This document shows, in pieces, positions 63,531 to 64,000 of a stretch of 64,000 bases of DNA. Origin of the DNA: Octopus bimaculoides (Eukaryota); contig NC_068991.1 of NCBI RefSeq assembly GCF_001194135.2, positions 42,689,043-42,753,042 of the forward strand, written 5' to 3'. The stretch's first letter is position 1. The number at the start of each line of letters is the position of its first letter. The notes under the pieces are model-generated. The model was not told where the DNA came from and did not search any database. It saw only the letters and a list, made by a program, of their open reading frames with translations. The translations under genes were made by a program, and so were the position numbers.

Positions 63531-64000
63531 AATATAACCTAATTTAACCATGTTTGGAAACAAGCAAGGTTTGGCAATAAGAAGGGCATCCAGCCATAGA
63601 AAATCTACTTCAACAAGTTTTGTCTGACCTTGGCAAGCCTAGAAAAGTGAACATTAACAATACAACTGAATTAGATATTTTGATTGGTATGATCGAATAA
63701 AAGAAAAACAATAACTTGTTTTTGGTGCTCCAGCATAGCCACAGTCAACTGACTAGAAATACTAAAAGTATAAAAGTAGAGGATAAGTTCAAACCTTATT
63801 TTTAAAGTCATTTCATTTCCTTTAAATCAATGATAGTTTTTAGAGAAGAAAAAAAAAATGAGAATATAAAAGGCATGAACATCACATAATCCAATTTCCC
63901 CTCCATTTAAGAATGTAGGGCACTGTACCAATCTAAAAACACAAAAATCCATATATTTGATCTCTTTTAAAGGAAAGAAAAGGTCCCATAGAAGATATTG

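Overview
This is AT-rich, microsatellite-dense animal DNA with about 10 N-gaps, almost entirely made of transposon remnants. The SINE/RTE repeat landscape resembles an octopod cephalopod genome (recognition from memory, not verified). I could not confidently identify any host gene exon. Recognisable elements are: RTE-type LINE fragments (RT, post-endonuclease linker, C-termini and GAT-tailed 3' UTRs); CR1/L2-like and L1/Tx1-like RT remnants; two R4/Dong-like restriction-like-endonuclease fragments; three mariner remnants; a hAT transposase remnant; and dozens of SINE copies in a few modular families, labelled A, B, E, F and G here for convenience only. The most interesting signal is five minimal hammerhead-ribozyme-like motifs of the Penelope-like-element (PLE) type. 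Two of them sit inside a ~230-320 bp element with a tRNA-like Pol III head (10345-10666, 41409-41632). Two others share an atypical U at core position 6. All five copies carry mutations, so activity is a hypothesis about the family consensus, not about these copies. Most repeat boundaries are approximate (about +/-20 bp).
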